Shown in pieces: positions 30,193 through 40,094 of a stretch of 64,000 bases of DNA. The notes beneath the pieces were generated by a model. The model was not told the origin of the DNA, ran no database searches, and worked only from the letters and a program-made list of their open reading frames with translations. A program made the translations under genes and the position numbers. Position 1 is the stretch's first letter. Every line of letters begins with the position of its first letter. Source of the DNA: Nitrospirota bacterium. Lineage in GTDB: Bacteria; Nitrospirota; UBA9217. The stretch covers positions 1 through 64,000 of the forward strand of contig DASPSR010000048.1 in NCBI GenBank assembly GCA_035623825.1, given 5' to 3'.

Positions 30193-30420
30193 TTAAAGAA
30201 TCCTCGTTGCAATGGATCGAGTAACGGTAAGTTCCTTTACCTTCTGGCCGAGCTGTTCTTCCATGACCTGCTGCTGCTCTTCACTGAGACGGAGACGGAA
30301 GACCCTGAGTTTATTCAATGACCGCTTCGTGAGATAGATTTCGCGAAGCTCAAAACCGATCTGCTTCTTGATATCTGCAGTCTGCTGCGGAGTGAGCGTT
30401 AGTTTAACGTTCTCATCCAT
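30193..30420 (-). CDS. Small hypothetical protein with an internal duplication (75 aa)
   Basis: GGAGG RBS and own promoter; two similar ~28-aa modules. Confidence 0.7.
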   Translation of the reverse strand: MDENVKLTLTPQQTADIKKQIGFELREIYLTKRSLNKLRVFRLRLSEEQQQVMEEQLGQKVKELTVTRSIATRIL

Positions 30421-30444
30421 TGAACGGACCCTCCATAAATTTTT

Positions 30445-30473
30445 ATTATAGGCCCTTTCTTATGGAAATTCAA
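30445..30473 (-). promoter_or_regulatory. sigma70 promoter of the 75-aa gene
   Basis: TTGAAT-17-TATAAT. Confidence 0.7.
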
Positions 30474-30502
30474 GATATTTCTACAAAGAGAAATCAGAGA
30501 AA

Positions 30503-30748
30503 TCATTGTTCCGTTCTGATTACTATGACTTTTTCCACCCAGGGGAATTCTCCGGTTAATTTCTCCTCCAGGCCCTGAACCAGGGCTATCCGAGTTACAT
30601 GTCAGCGCCAGCAGAATCCGGTAGGTGCAATCTTGACGGTTCCTCCGTCAACTCCCGCGAACTGGATATCGCCGCCCCGGCCTTGGTATTGCCGCGACAG
30701 GATACCAACCATCGCTTTAATCTGTTCGATATCGTTTTCTTTACTCAA
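30503..30748 (-). CDS. NifU/Nfu C-terminal-domain selenoprotein with CxxU motif (81 aa), not in the ORF track
   Basis: GAGGAGG RBS, 5 nt, then TTG. Translation: MSKENDIEQIKAMVGILSRQYQGRGGDIQFAGVDGGTVKIAPTGFCWR-U(TGA 30602-30604)-HVTRIALVQGLEEKLTGEFPWVEKVIVIRTEQ. This matches the Nfu pattern GGD...G.CxxC...GIE..L....P.V..V on both sides of the TGA. Confidence 0.85.
30565..30601 (-). promoter_or_regulatory. Putative SECIS element of the Nfu-like gene
   Basis: After UGA: CAUGUAAC-UCGG-AUA-GCCCUG-[GUU]-CAGGGC-CUGG. Perfect 6-bp upper stem, G-first loop about 21 nt after UGA. Confidence 0.7.
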
Positions 30749-30805
30749 ACGATCCTCCTCGAGATTGTACGACGTTGAGAGTGAAACGCTCAGATTGAAT
30801 TGTCT

Positions 30806-32494
30806 TCACTCTTCCATTACCAGTTTCTTCGCCATTCTCTCGACCGCCTCTTCAATCTTCACCTTTTCCACCAGTCCGGTCTTCCGCTCTTTCAATTCAA
30901 CAAACCCTTCTTTAAGGTTCTTCTCACCGATAATTATGCGGTGCGGGATGCCGATGAGATCGGCGTCTTTGAACTTTACTCCTGCCCGTTCATCACGATC
31001 GTCCATCAGGACCTCGAACCCTTTTTCCTCCAGTGACGTGTACATATCCTCGGCAATGTCCATGGACTTAACGTCCTTGATGTTTACTGGCACGATCAGA
31101 ATCTGATATGGAGCGATCGACCGGGGCCAGATGATTCCATTCTCGTCGTTCCCTTGTTCGATGGCCGCGGCCGCTATCCTGGCGGGCCCGATTCCGTAAC
31201 TTCCCATGATAATCGGCTTTTCCAGGCCGTTCTCGTCGAGATAGTTCGCCCTGAGCGGAACCGAATACTTGGTCCCCAGTTTGAAGATGTTCCCGATCTC
31301 GATCACCCGTTCGATGCGGATCGGCTTTCCGCACTGAACGCAGGAGTCGCCAGCAGCGGCAGTGTGAATGTCAGTGAACTCCGCCTCAAAGTCCCTTCCC
31401 GGCTGCACGCCCTTGACGTGGTATCCCTCTTTGTTTGAGCCGGCGACGTACAGTCCTTGTGTAAGCGATGAATCAGCGATCTTTCTGATCTTGTGAACCA
31501 TAGGGCCGATAAAACCAGCCGGTACGCCAAGGATATCCTTCACTTCTTCCTTTTGCGCAGGCCGGTGCGACCCGATGATCTTCGCAAGCTTCTTTTCGTG
31601 CAGGGTCTGGTCCCCGCGCACCAGAGCGAGAACCGGCCCCTTTTCGCCCATCATGAGGATGGATTTTATGAGGAGGTCAGGCGTCAGTTTCAGGAAGCGG
31701 GAGACCTCTTCGATCGTCCGCTTTTCCGGTGTGGCGACTTCCTCATACTTCCAAATGGGGAATTTCGGTGTCTTCGGCACGGACACTGCAAGCTCCACGT
31801 TCGCCGCATATCCGCAGGCGTCGCAGAGCGCAACCTCGTCCTCGCCAGCCGGCGAAGGCGCCATATACTCGTGCGCCATTGAGCCTCCCATCATGCCCGT
31901 GTCGCTCTGGACCACATAGAACTTGATGCCGCACCGGCTGTAGATCTTGTTATACGCCTCGAGGTGGAGCTGATAGGACCTGTCGAGCCCTCCTTCGTCG
32001 CGGTCAAAGCTGTAGGAATCCTCCATGATGAATTCGCGAGTCCGCAGCACACCACTCTTGGGCCGCGCCTCATCCCTGAGCTTTGTCTGGATCTGGTACC
32101 AAATCTGCGGCAGGTCTCTGTATGAGCGGATATCGTGGGCAGCAAGCCACGTCATAGTCTCCTCATGCGTCATGGCCAGACACATATCGCGGCCGCTGCG
32201 GTCTTTCATGCGGAACATCTCGTCTCCAATGGCGTCCCAACGCCCGGTCTGCTGCCAGACCTCTGCCGGGTTCAGGACGGGCATGGCCACTTCCTGGCCG
32301 CCAATGGCGTTCATCTCTTCCCGGATTATCTGATTGATCTTCGCCATCACGCGTTGACCGAGCGGCAGATAAATGTAGAGGCCCGCTGCGAGCTGACGAA
32401 CATAGCCGGCGCGCACCATGAGCTTGTGCGAAACTGCCTCGGCATCAGCGGGCGCTTCCTTCAGCGTCGGGATGAAAAGATGGGAATAACGCAT
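30806..32494 (-). CDS. proS: Proline--tRNA ligase (bacterial type, with INS editing domain)
   Basis: SHKLMVRAG, THEE, RDEARP, IEIGNIFKLGTKYS, MGSYGIG. Confidence 0.97.
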   Translation of the reverse strand: MRYSHLFIPTLKEAPADAEAVSHKLMVRAGYVRQLAAGLYIYLPLGQRVMAKINQIIREEMNAIGGQEVAMPVLNPAEVWQQTGRWDAIGDEMFRMKDRSGRDMCLAMTHEETMTWLAAHDIRSYRDLPQIWYQIQTKLRDEARPKSGVLRTREFIMEDSYSFDRDEGGLDRSYQLHLEAYNKIYSRCGIKFYVVQSDTGMMGGSMAHEYMAPSPAGEDEVALCDACGYAANVELAVSVPKTPKFPIWKYEEVATPEKRTIEEVSRFLKLTPDLLIKSILMMGEKGPVLALVRGDQTLHEKKLAKIIGSHRPAQKEEVKDILGVPAGFIGPMVHKIRKIADSSLTQGLYVAGSNKEGYHVKGVQPGRDFEAEFTDIHTAAAGDSCVQCGKPIRIERVIEIGNIFKLGTKYSVPLRANYLDENGLEKPIIMGSYGIGPARIAAAAIEQGNDENGIIWPRSIAPYQILIVPVNIKDVKSMDIAEDMYTSLEEKGFEVLMDDRDERAGVKFKDADLIGIPHRIIIGEKNLKEGFVELKERKTGLVEKVKIEEAVERMAKKLVMEE

Positions 32495-32563
32495 TAAAAA
32501 CCTCCGATGAATTCAGAACGCAGGGACGGACAGTCTCTCAGGTCTGATTTTCCCTGCATGGCA

Positions 32564-33649
32564 CTATTTCCCGTCTTCGGATGACTGCTTCCTTACCATT
32601 TCTTCCACTTCGTTCACCAGCGCATCAGCGAGTTCGGCTTCGGTCAGTTTCTTGACGATACCACCGTGCTTGAACAGCAGGCCGACGCCTCTGCCGCCGG
32701 CGATGCCGGCATCGGCCTCACGCGCCTCTCCAGGGCCGTTCACCACGCAGCCCATGACCGCGACCGTGAGCGGCTCCTTGATGTGAGCCAGTCTCTTCTC
32801 AACTTCCTGGGCCAGACCGATGATGTCGATCTCTGTCCTGCCGCAGGTGGGACAGGAGATGATGGTCACGCCGCGCTGGCGGATCCTGAGCGCCTTCAGG
32901 ATTTCATAGGCGACCCGTACTTCCTCAACGGGGTCGGCGGTGAGCGAGACGCGCATGGTATCTCCGATGCCCTCGGCGAGCAGGAGGCCTAGGCCTACGC
33001 TCGACTTGATCGTACCGGAAAATATGGTTCCCGCTTCAGAGATGCCGATGTGGAGCGGATAGTCGGATTTTTCCGAGAACAGCCGATAAGATGCGACCGT
33101 CGTGAGAACATCCGAGGCTTTGAGCGAAACTTTGAGGTCTGTGAAATTCAAATCTTCCAGAATGTGGATGTGCCCGAAGGCGCTCTCGACGAGCGCCTCG
33201 GCCGTAGGATGCTGGTACTTTTCGAGCAGAGGCTTTTCGAGAGAGCCCGCGTTGACGCCGATGCGAATCGGAATGCTACGATCTTTGCATGCACGGACGA
33301 CCTCGGCAACTTTTCTCTTTCCCCCGATGTTACCGGGATTGATCCGAAGGCCATCCACACCCTGTTTCACTGCCTCGAGCGCGAGACGGTAATCGAAATG
33401 GATATCTGCAATGAGAGGAACCCGCGTCCCCCTTCTGATTTCACCCAGCATTTTCGCCGCGTCCATATCAGGCACAGCGAGCCTCACCACCTCGCACCCC
33501 GCCTGTTCAAGATGGCCGATCTGGTCGAGCGTCTTCACGACATCGCGGGTGTCTGTATTGCACATGGACTGGATTACGATGGGCGCTCCACCGCCGATTT
33601 TCACTGTGCCGATGGTAATCTGCCTGGTTGTTTTACGGATAATACTCAT
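32564..33649 (-). CDS. ispG: HMBPP synthase IspG
   Basis: QSMCNT, ADIHF, RINPGN, SCPTCGR, MGCVVNGPGE. Confidence 0.97.
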   Translation of the reverse strand: MSIIRKTTRQITIGTVKIGGGAPIVIQSMCNTDTRDVVKTLDQIGHLEQAGCEVVRLAVPDMDAAKMLGEIRRGTRVPLIADIHFDYRLALEAVKQGVDGLRINPGNIGGKRKVAEVVRACKDRSIPIRIGVNAGSLEKPLLEKYQHPTAEALVESAFGHIHILEDLNFTDLKVSLKASDVLTTVASYRLFSEKSDYPLHIGISEAGTIFSGTIKSSVGLGLLLAEGIGDTMRVSLTADPVEEVRVAYEILKALRIRQRGVTIISCPTCGRTEIDIIGLAQEVEKRLAHIKEPLTVAVMGCVVNGPGEAREADAGIAGGRGVGLLFKHGGIVKKLTEAELADALVNEVEEMVRKQSSEDGK

Positions 33650-33666
33650 ATGATTTGAATTGCCGG

Positions 33667-33743
33667 CATTGCGAGCACACGGAAGGAGCGCGACAACGTC
33701 GCACTGAAAAAAGGTTGCTTCGCCGCTTAAGCTTTTCGCAATG
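33667..33743. repeat. Degenerate REP/RPE-like palindromic element
   Basis: Terminal inverted repeat CATTGCGA...TCGCAATG with internal TTGCTTCG, resembling widespread GTCATTGCGAG...CTCGCAATGAC intergenic repeats. Confidence 0.45.
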
Positions 33744-33768
33744 AACTAACCGGTACGTTTTGGTCGCA

Positions 33769-35052
33769 TTACTTACTAAAAAACATCCTCATGATATCGT
33801 TATAGGAAACCACGGCAATAAGTGTGATCAACACCGCAGCCCCGATACTTTGGGCTATTTCCATGGTCCTGCGGCTAAGGGGCTTCCTCCGCACCGCCTC
33901 GATCACAAGGAACAGGATCAGTCCGCCGTCCAGTACCGGTATCGGCAGCAGGTTCAGGATGCCAAGCGAGATGCTGATCATGGCGAGCAGCGACAGGAAG
34001 GTCGATAGGCCGGCGGCAGCAGCTTGCCCCGACATCTGGGCTATCATCACCGGCCCGCCGAGCGTTTTGATCGAAAGGTTGAATGTCAACAGCTTTCTCA
34101 GGGTGATGACTGTCAAATCGATGGCCTCGATGGTTTTGTCGAAACCCATTCGAATGGACTTGAAGAACCCGTATTTCTTGAACACCAGGTTGATAACAGG
34201 CTCAACGCCGATCACGAACCTTCCTCCGTCCTCGACCGGAGTCACGGACTTCTCCATGCGCACGCCACCGCGCTCAATGGTAAGCGTGAGCGTCTTCCCC
34301 CCGCTCTCTTTCACCAAGCTGGAGAACTGGTTCCAGTGGTAGATGGTTTTGCCGTCCACAGCGATGATCTTATCGTGTATTTTAAAACCAGCCTGCTCCG
34401 CCGGAAGTCCTGGACGCAGCCTGCCGATCTCAGCCGGCATGTCCGGGACCAGACCGGAGGTGCCGATCTTGAGCTCTGCGGCCGTGGCAGGCCTGAGCGT
34501 GAGCGTCTTCTTCTCGCCTTGACGATCGACCGTGACTGTCACATCCGTATCGGGATTCACGGCGATAAGGGACAATGCTTTCACCCAGTCGTTGATGTGT
34601 CTTCCGTTGATCTCCTCGATCACGTCACCCGCCATGAATCCCGCTTGCTCCGCCGGAGATCCCTTCTCGACATATCCCACCGTGGCGGGGCCCTCGGAAT
34701 AGGTTCCGATCATGAAAACGAAGGGCATCACGACAAAGGCAAGCACGATGTTCGTGAGCGGCCCCGTTGCCGCGATCTTCGCACGCTGCCACACGGTCTT
34801 GGACTGGAACTCATCAGGCGATCCCGTGGGCTCTTCGTCCGGATTCTCCCCTGCCATCTTCACGTAGCCCCCGAGCGGAAGCGCGGAGATGACATATTCC
34901 GTATCTCCCTTCTTGTACCCGATGAGCTTGGGCCCCATGCCGAGAGAAAACTTCTCGATGCGTACGCCAGCCCGCTTTGCCATAATAAAGTGACCGAACT
35001 CGTGCACGAACACGAGGATTCCGATCACGATGAGAAAATAAATCAGCGTCAT
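33769..35052 (-). CDS. rseP: RIP metalloprotease RseP
   Basis: HEFGH, two PDZ domains, NLLPIPVLDGG. ATG 35052 follows GGAGGAG. Confidence 0.96.
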   Translation of the reverse strand: MTLIYFLIVIGILVFVHEFGHFIMAKRAGVRIEKFSLGMGPKLIGYKKGDTEYVISALPLGGYVKMAGENPDEEPTGSPDEFQSKTVWQRAKIAATGPLTNIVLAFVVMPFVFMIGTYSEGPATVGYVEKGSPAEQAGFMAGDVIEEINGRHINDWVKALSLIAVNPDTDVTVTVDRQGEKKTLTLRPATAAELKIGTSGLVPDMPAEIGRLRPGLPAEQAGFKIHDKIIAVDGKTIYHWNQFSSLVKESGGKTLTLTIERGGVRMEKSVTPVEDGGRFVIGVEPVINLVFKKYGFFKSIRMGFDKTIEAIDLTVITLRKLLTFNLSIKTLGGPVMIAQMSGQAAAAGLSTFLSLLAMISISLGILNLLPIPVLDGGLILFLVIEAVRRKPLSRRTMEIAQSIGAAVLITLIAVVSYNDIMRMFFSK

Positions 35053-35175
35053 TACTCCTCCGGATGACCCATTGAGAATGCCGATCTGGTCGGGTCGATC
35101 CCTCCATTGCACTGCGAAACGAGAAAATCAATAGTATGGTACGAGATAGCGATTTGGCCTACGCCCGCACCGGCT

Positions 35176-36408
35176 TTAGCCCTTAATTGTGCTTTTCCCG
35201 TTTTTATCCTTTGCCTTCTCGAATGCCACCACACGCCTTTTCCCTTGCCCCATCCCCCCGGAACCTATCACCTTCTCAGCTTTCTGCCGCGCCCAGAGAT
35301 CTGCCTTGAGGGCGTCCTCAACGGTCTTGATCGGGTACGGAGTATGAGCATCCATGGTCGTTTTAATAACGCGAGCGACGTCGGCGTACGAGATCTTCTC
35401 GTCAAGAAAGAACTTGACCGCCACCTCGTTCGAGGCCGAGAGCACGGCGGGCATACTGCCTCCCGCTTCGAGGGACTTGTACGCGTAGGCCAAACAAGGA
35501 AACCTGTCAGTGTCCGGTTCCTCGAAGGTAAGCGTGCCTACGGAGGCGAGATCGAGCGCCGGCGACACGCCTTCGAGCCGTTCTGGGTATGAAAGTGCAT
35601 ACGCGATCGGGCCCTTCATGTCCGGCATGCCGAGCTGCGCAACAATCGCGCCGTCTTGATATTCGACCATGGAATGGATGATACTCTGCGGATGAACAAG
35701 CACCCTGATCCTTGCAGGCGTCATATCGAAGAGCCACCGCGCCTCAATCACTTCAAGTCCCTTGTTCATGAGCGTGGCGGAATCGATCGTGATCTTCCTG
35801 CCCATGTTCCAATTCGGGTGCTTGAGCGCTTGCGCCAGCGTCACTCTTGCCAGATCCCTTTTCGAATGGCTCCTGAAGGGGCCGCCGGAGGCGGTCAGGA
35901 TCACCCTTCTGATATCTCTATCCGCCCCCGCGTGCAGGCACTGAAAAATGGCGCTGTGCTCGCTGTCAACGGGGAGAATCTTGACGCCCCGCCTGCGACA
36001 CTCCGCCATCACGAGTTCACCCGCAGTGACAAGCACCTCCTTATTGGCGAGTGCGATGTCCTTGCCGGCACTAATCGCCGCCATAGTAGGCACGAGTCCG
36101 GCCGTCCCCACGATGGCCGAGACGGTGATCCGTGCTTCTTCCGCGGCCGCTACCTGGATCATCCCCTCGACACCCGAGAGGATCCTAACGTCGAGGCCTG
36201 CGCACCGCCGCTTGAGCTTTTCGGCTGAAGAGGGGCTTACGACGGAGACCATCTGGGGTTCGAACTGCAGTACCTGTTTCTCCAGGAGATCAATGTTGTT
36301 TCCGGCCGCAAGCGCAACTACCCGAAACCGGTCGGGAAATTTCTCGACCACCGAAAGCGTGGATTGCCCGATCGATCCCGTGGACCCCAATATCGCTATA
36401 TTCTTCAA
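35176..36408 (-). CDS. dxr: 1-deoxy-D-xylulose-5-phosphate reductoisomerase
   Basis: LGSTGSIG, LANKE, PVDSEHSA, TASGGPF. Confidence 0.97.
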   Translation of the reverse strand: MKNIAILGSTGSIGQSTLSVVEKFPDRFRVVALAAGNNIDLLEKQVLQFEPQMVSVVSPSSAEKLKRRCAGLDVRILSGVEGMIQVAAAEEARITVSAIVGTAGLVPTMAAISAGKDIALANKEVLVTAGELVMAECRRRGVKILPVDSEHSAIFQCLHAGADRDIRRVILTASGGPFRSHSKRDLARVTLAQALKHPNWNMGRKITIDSATLMNKGLEVIEARWLFDMTPARIRVLVHPQSIIHSMVEYQDGAIVAQLGMPDMKGPIAYALSYPERLEGVSPALDLASVGTLTFEEPDTDRFPCLAYAYKSLEAGGSMPAVLSASNEVAVKFFLDEKISYADVARVIKTTMDAHTPYPIKTVEDALKADLWARQKAEKVIGSGGMGQGKRRVVAFEKAKDKNGKSTIKG

Positions 36409-36508
36409 CCCAGCTTAGCTCCACATACCCCGCAACCAGGGTGACAGGGTATCACTGCCCTGTGCAGATCTCGAACGTTCAAGACATCCGTGCTATTCGT
36501 TCGTGCTC

Positions 36509-37315
36509 TTATCTTATCCTGAGATAATAATACAGCACCGGCGCCGCAAACATCATGCTGTCCATACGGTCGAGTATGCCTCCGTGTCCGGGGATGATGC
36601 CTCCTGAATCCTTGACGCCTGCTGCGCGCTTGAACAGGGATTCCGTAAGGTCTCCAAGCGTGCCGACCACCGCAAGGAGAAGTCCCAGCATAATCGTTTC
36701 AACGGCCCCCGGACCCCCGGGAGGCATGAACCAGAGGCGGCACAGGAGCGCCATGCCTGCTGATGCCGCGAGCGCTCCGACAAGGCCCTCTATGCTCTTC
36801 TTTGGGCTGATCTTCTCGTACAGTCGGTGCCTGCCGAAAGGGATGCCGATGGCATACGCGCCGATATCGGATGCCCAGATGACAAAGTAGAGAAACAGGA
36901 TCCAGCGCCGACCCTCGGCTCCCGTTATGATCCACACCTGGAACGCAAACAGCAAGGATACGTAGAACACCCCCAGAAAGGTCGACGCGATGTCCTCGAT
37001 TGCGCCATCCGCCGATCTGCGCGAAAAAAGCCGGATCAGCATGATGAGGAGCATGCACCCGGTAACGAAGAGAACCTTTCCTTCGCCTGTGAGAACGGGG
37101 CGATAGAATTCGAGCACGATCAGCGCGCCCAGCACGCTCCCGAGAACGGCGTTGGGATTGATGCCGCGGGCCCGTGCCATTCTGTAGAACTCAAATTGGC
37201 CCACGGCGACGGCGATCACCACCAGCGCCGTGAAATACACCAAAGAAAGCCTCCAGGTCACCAGGTAGAATATGGGGAGGAACAGGAGACTTGAGATCAC
37301 TCTCTTATAGAGCAT
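36509..37315 (-). CDS. cdsA: Phosphatidate cytidylyltransferase
   Basis: SPKKSIEG and KRAAGVKDSGGIIPGHGGILDRMDS. Confidence 0.95.
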   Translation of the reverse strand: MLYKRVISSLLFLPIFYLVTWRLSLVYFTALVVIAVAVGQFEFYRMARARGINPNAVLGSVLGALIVLEFYRPVLTGEGKVLFVTGCMLLIMLIRLFSRRSADGAIEDIASTFLGVFYVSLLFAFQVWIITGAEGRRWILFLYFVIWASDIGAYAIGIPFGRHRLYEKISPKKSIEGLVGALAASAGMALLCRLWFMPPGGPGAVETIMLGLLLAVVGTLGDLTESLFKRAAGVKDSGGIIPGHGGILDRMDSMMFAAPVLYYYLRIR

Positions 37316-37381
37316 TATTGTTTCTCCGTATAGTCTTCGTCACCTACCGCGGAAATCACAAAAAGAACTTCTCTTTTGTCA

Positions 37382-38158
37382 TTATTTCCGTACGAGCTGT
37401 TCTTGAGTGAGTCCGAACCTTCGCTGGCGCCCCTGGTAGTCAAGGATCGCAGTCAAGAGGTCCTTTTCATCGAAGTCGGGCCACAGGGTATCGGTAAAAT
37501 AGAGCTCGGCGTACGCCGCCTGCCACAAGAGGAAGTTGCTGATTCGTTTCTCGCCGCTCGTGCGAATGATGAGATCCGGATCCGGTAAGCCGGCGGTGTC
37601 GAGATGAGAGGAAAAAACCTCTTCGGTAAGACCGTCCGCCGAGACGTTCTCGGAACGAATCCGCTTGACCGCTTCAAGGATCTCCCCCCTGCCGCCGTAA
37701 GACAGGGCAAGGTTAAGTACCATGCCCGCGTTGCCGGCAGTCTCGGAAACGGCCTTCTCGATCCATTCCTGCGCCGATGCTGGAAGGCGCTCGGTCCTGC
37801 CGATCGCACGGAATCTAATGTCGTTCGCTTTCATAGTCGCTATTTCGGCCTTGAGAAAGGTCCCGAGCATGTTCATGAGAAAACCGACCTCTTGCTTGGG
37901 CCTACGCCAGTTTTCGTCAGAGAATGCGTAGAGGGTCAGGACCGATATCCCCAGTCGCCTGCACTGTTCCGTCACCCGGCGAACGGTATCCACACCCTTC
38001 TTGTGCCCAGCGACCCTCGGCAATCCCCTGCGTAGCGCCCATCTGCCGTTGCCGTCCATGATGATTGCTACGTGCTTCGGCAGGCTGTTCATGTCGACTC
38101 TTGCGCTCAGTTCTTCAAGCGCCGGAACTTTACTCTTCATGCCCTTTTGATTCTCCAT
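37382..38158 (-). CDS. uppS: Undecaprenyl diphosphate synthase
   Basis: IIMDGNGRWA and RTSGEKRISNFLLWQ. Confidence 0.97.
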   Translation of the reverse strand: MENQKGMKSKVPALEELSARVDMNSLPKHVAIIMDGNGRWALRRGLPRVAGHKKGVDTVRRVTEQCRRLGISVLTLYAFSDENWRRPKQEVGFLMNMLGTFLKAEIATMKANDIRFRAIGRTERLPASAQEWIEKAVSETAGNAGMVLNLALSYGGRGEILEAVKRIRSENVSADGLTEEVFSSHLDTAGLPDPDLIIRTSGEKRISNFLLWQAAYAELYFTDTLWPDFDEKDLLTAILDYQGRQRRFGLTQEQLVRK

Positions 38159-38197
38159 TCCGCAGCGGCACGGCCTTAGGCCGCTACCGCACTGTTG

Positions 38198-40090
38198 TCA
38201 CTTCATCGAAAAGGTCATCACCTGCTCGCGGTCTTTGGTGAAGAGCCCCCCTTTTGTCTTTACGAGGGCAACTATCTGCGCTTCAGTCGCCTTCTTGATC
38301 AGTTGAATATCGAGTACAGGGCCTGGCAGGTCCTTGACGCCCCACACCTGATCGAGCCTCGCGCCGGTCCACCTCAGTCCATAAAGATCAGCACTCGAAT
38401 AATCGCCGAAATATGAGCCTAGCATGCCCGCGGTGTTCTTCGACACGAGGATCTCGTCCCTGCCGTCACCGTTGATGTCTAGGGCTAGGATCCTGCCCCT
38501 CAGTTGCACTTTCTGACTCTTTTCTAATTCCACCGCGGACTTTGAGAGAACCGCTGATATCCCCGTTACCGGTTTGTACACGAACGTTTTTATCACATCG
38601 AACTTCTCCTCGCTCCTCCACAGGGGGTTGCCCTTGGAATAGACAATGAGACGGTCCTCGTCATCAAAGGCCACAAGAAACGGGTCCTGTTCCCCGAATT
38701 CGGCAAACGTAAACCCATACAGCCCCAGTCCTTTGGGAAGCGGCAACTCCGGGCCGGCTACATACTGCCCGCCGGACCATATATACTGTTTAGGCGTTCC
38801 GGCAAAAAACGTCTTCGGATCGTAATCCTGGCCGATCAGGATCGTGCCACGGCCGGGATACGTTATCACGCGAAGGAAGCCAGGAATAGTCGCAACGCGG
38901 CGGAAGGCGCCGTCCTGAAACTTTACGACGTGCGAGAAGACCTTTCCCTTGAACATGGCGGTCACAAACAGTTCAGGCCTGCCATCGCCGTCTATGTCTC
39001 CAGCGTCGAGGTTGATATACTGGATATTGTCTGCTGGGTTCGATGTAAACGTTTGCTCATTCCATTCCATGTCAACCTGTTGATATGCGGCGGGAGTATT
39101 CTCAGTCCAGACCTCGCGCCACCCCGTGGGCTCAAAGCGGTAGATATGGAGCCGAACAGCGTCGAGGAACGCATATTCGAGCTTGCCGTCTCCTTCAAAA
39201 TCGCCGGTCACAAAATACCTTGCAATGAATGGCAGTTCTGGCGTAGTGCTCTTTTCTTCCTTGACAGGAACGAAGAACGGTTTGATCTCGACGATCGCCT
39301 GCTTGCCTGCCTTGAGGTCGAGCATGGCGACGATTGTGTCGAGCTGGCTGGCATCTTCGGTATAGAAGATCCTGGCAGTCACCATAAGCTTGCCTTCGGA
39401 GGAAGGGTAGATCCCAAGCGATATCACGGCATCGAGGCCGAACACGGTTCCCATTTCTTTGACCAATGCGCTGTCGCGCTGCTTTCTGTCCTTGATGAAT
39501 GCTGCTACCTTCCCGGTCTCGAGAACCGAGAACCTGCCCAATTCGTTGAGCCGCTCCGCGAGCCCCTGGATGACCTCGGGATGATCGGCTCTGAGCGGCA
39601 GGAGCGCGATATTGATCCTCCTCGGCGTGATCCTCGCCTTGTCTCCCGGTTGCGGATCCTTGAGCCTTTTCTTGATCGATGCGGTCGAGGAGTCGTCACC
39701 GACGCTGGTCACCTCAATAGTACCAACCTCCTCTTCCACACGGCCGATAACCGCGCCGGTCACGGGGTGCAGAATCTCTTTGCCGTCCCTCCAGAGCGTC
39801 AGCACCATTCCGGGCATGAGCCCGTCCTTTTTGCCAAGGGAGAGCGTAAGACGGTCATCCTGCACGGCCTTGACTTCGCCTTGGACCTTGGGAAAGTACG
39901 ACGAGATCTCAACCGCGAGCTCTTCCACGGAAGTGAGTTCCTCAACACCGAGTGGCTTCCCAGCAGCAATCGCGGTCGCACCGAGCGACAGCATGGACAA
40001 GAGAAGAATGAATAATCTTATCAAGCTGATGCCAACCTCTTTCCTCTCACTGCCATTTTGAAATTTCCAGATTGCAACCATAGATTCCAA
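38198..40090 (-). CDS. Exported FG-GAP/VCBS-repeat protein
   Basis: Signal-peptide-like N-terminus (start uncertain); repeats GDFEGDGKLE, GDIDGDGRPEL, LDINGDGRDEI. Confidence 0.75.
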   Translation of the reverse strand: MESMVAIWKFQNGSERKEVGISLIRLFILLLSMLSLGATAIAAGKPLGVEELTSVEELAVEISSYFPKVQGEVKAVQDDRLTLSLGKKDGLMPGMVLTLWRDGKEILHPVTGAVIGRVEEEVGTIEVTSVGDDSSTASIKKRLKDPQPGDKARITPRRINIALLPLRADHPEVIQGLAERLNELGRFSVLETGKVAAFIKDRKQRDSALVKEMGTVFGLDAVISLGIYPSSEGKLMVTARIFYTEDASQLDTIVAMLDLKAGKQAIVEIKPFFVPVKEEKSTTPELPFIARYFVTGDFEGDGKLEYAFLDAVRLHIYRFEPTGWREVWTENTPAAYQQVDMEWNEQTFTSNPADNIQYINLDAGDIDGDGRPELFVTAMFKGKVFSHVVKFQDGAFRRVATIPGFLRVITYPGRGTILIGQDYDPKTFFAGTPKQYIWSGGQYVAGPELPLPKGLGLYGFTFAEFGEQDPFLVAFDDEDRLIVYSKGNPLWRSEEKFDVIKTFVYKPVTGISAVLSKSAVELEKSQKVQLRGRILALDINGDGRDEILVSKNTAGMLGSYFGDYSSADLYGLRWTGARLDQVWGVKDLPGPVLDIQLIKKATEAQIVALVKTKGGLFTKDREQVMTFSMK

Positions 40091-40094
40091 TGAA

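Noticed and set aside
30633-31106. 157-aa plus-strand ORF
   Set aside because: It is antisense to proS and to the Nfu-like gene, which has an RBS, family motifs and a SECIS-like hairpin.
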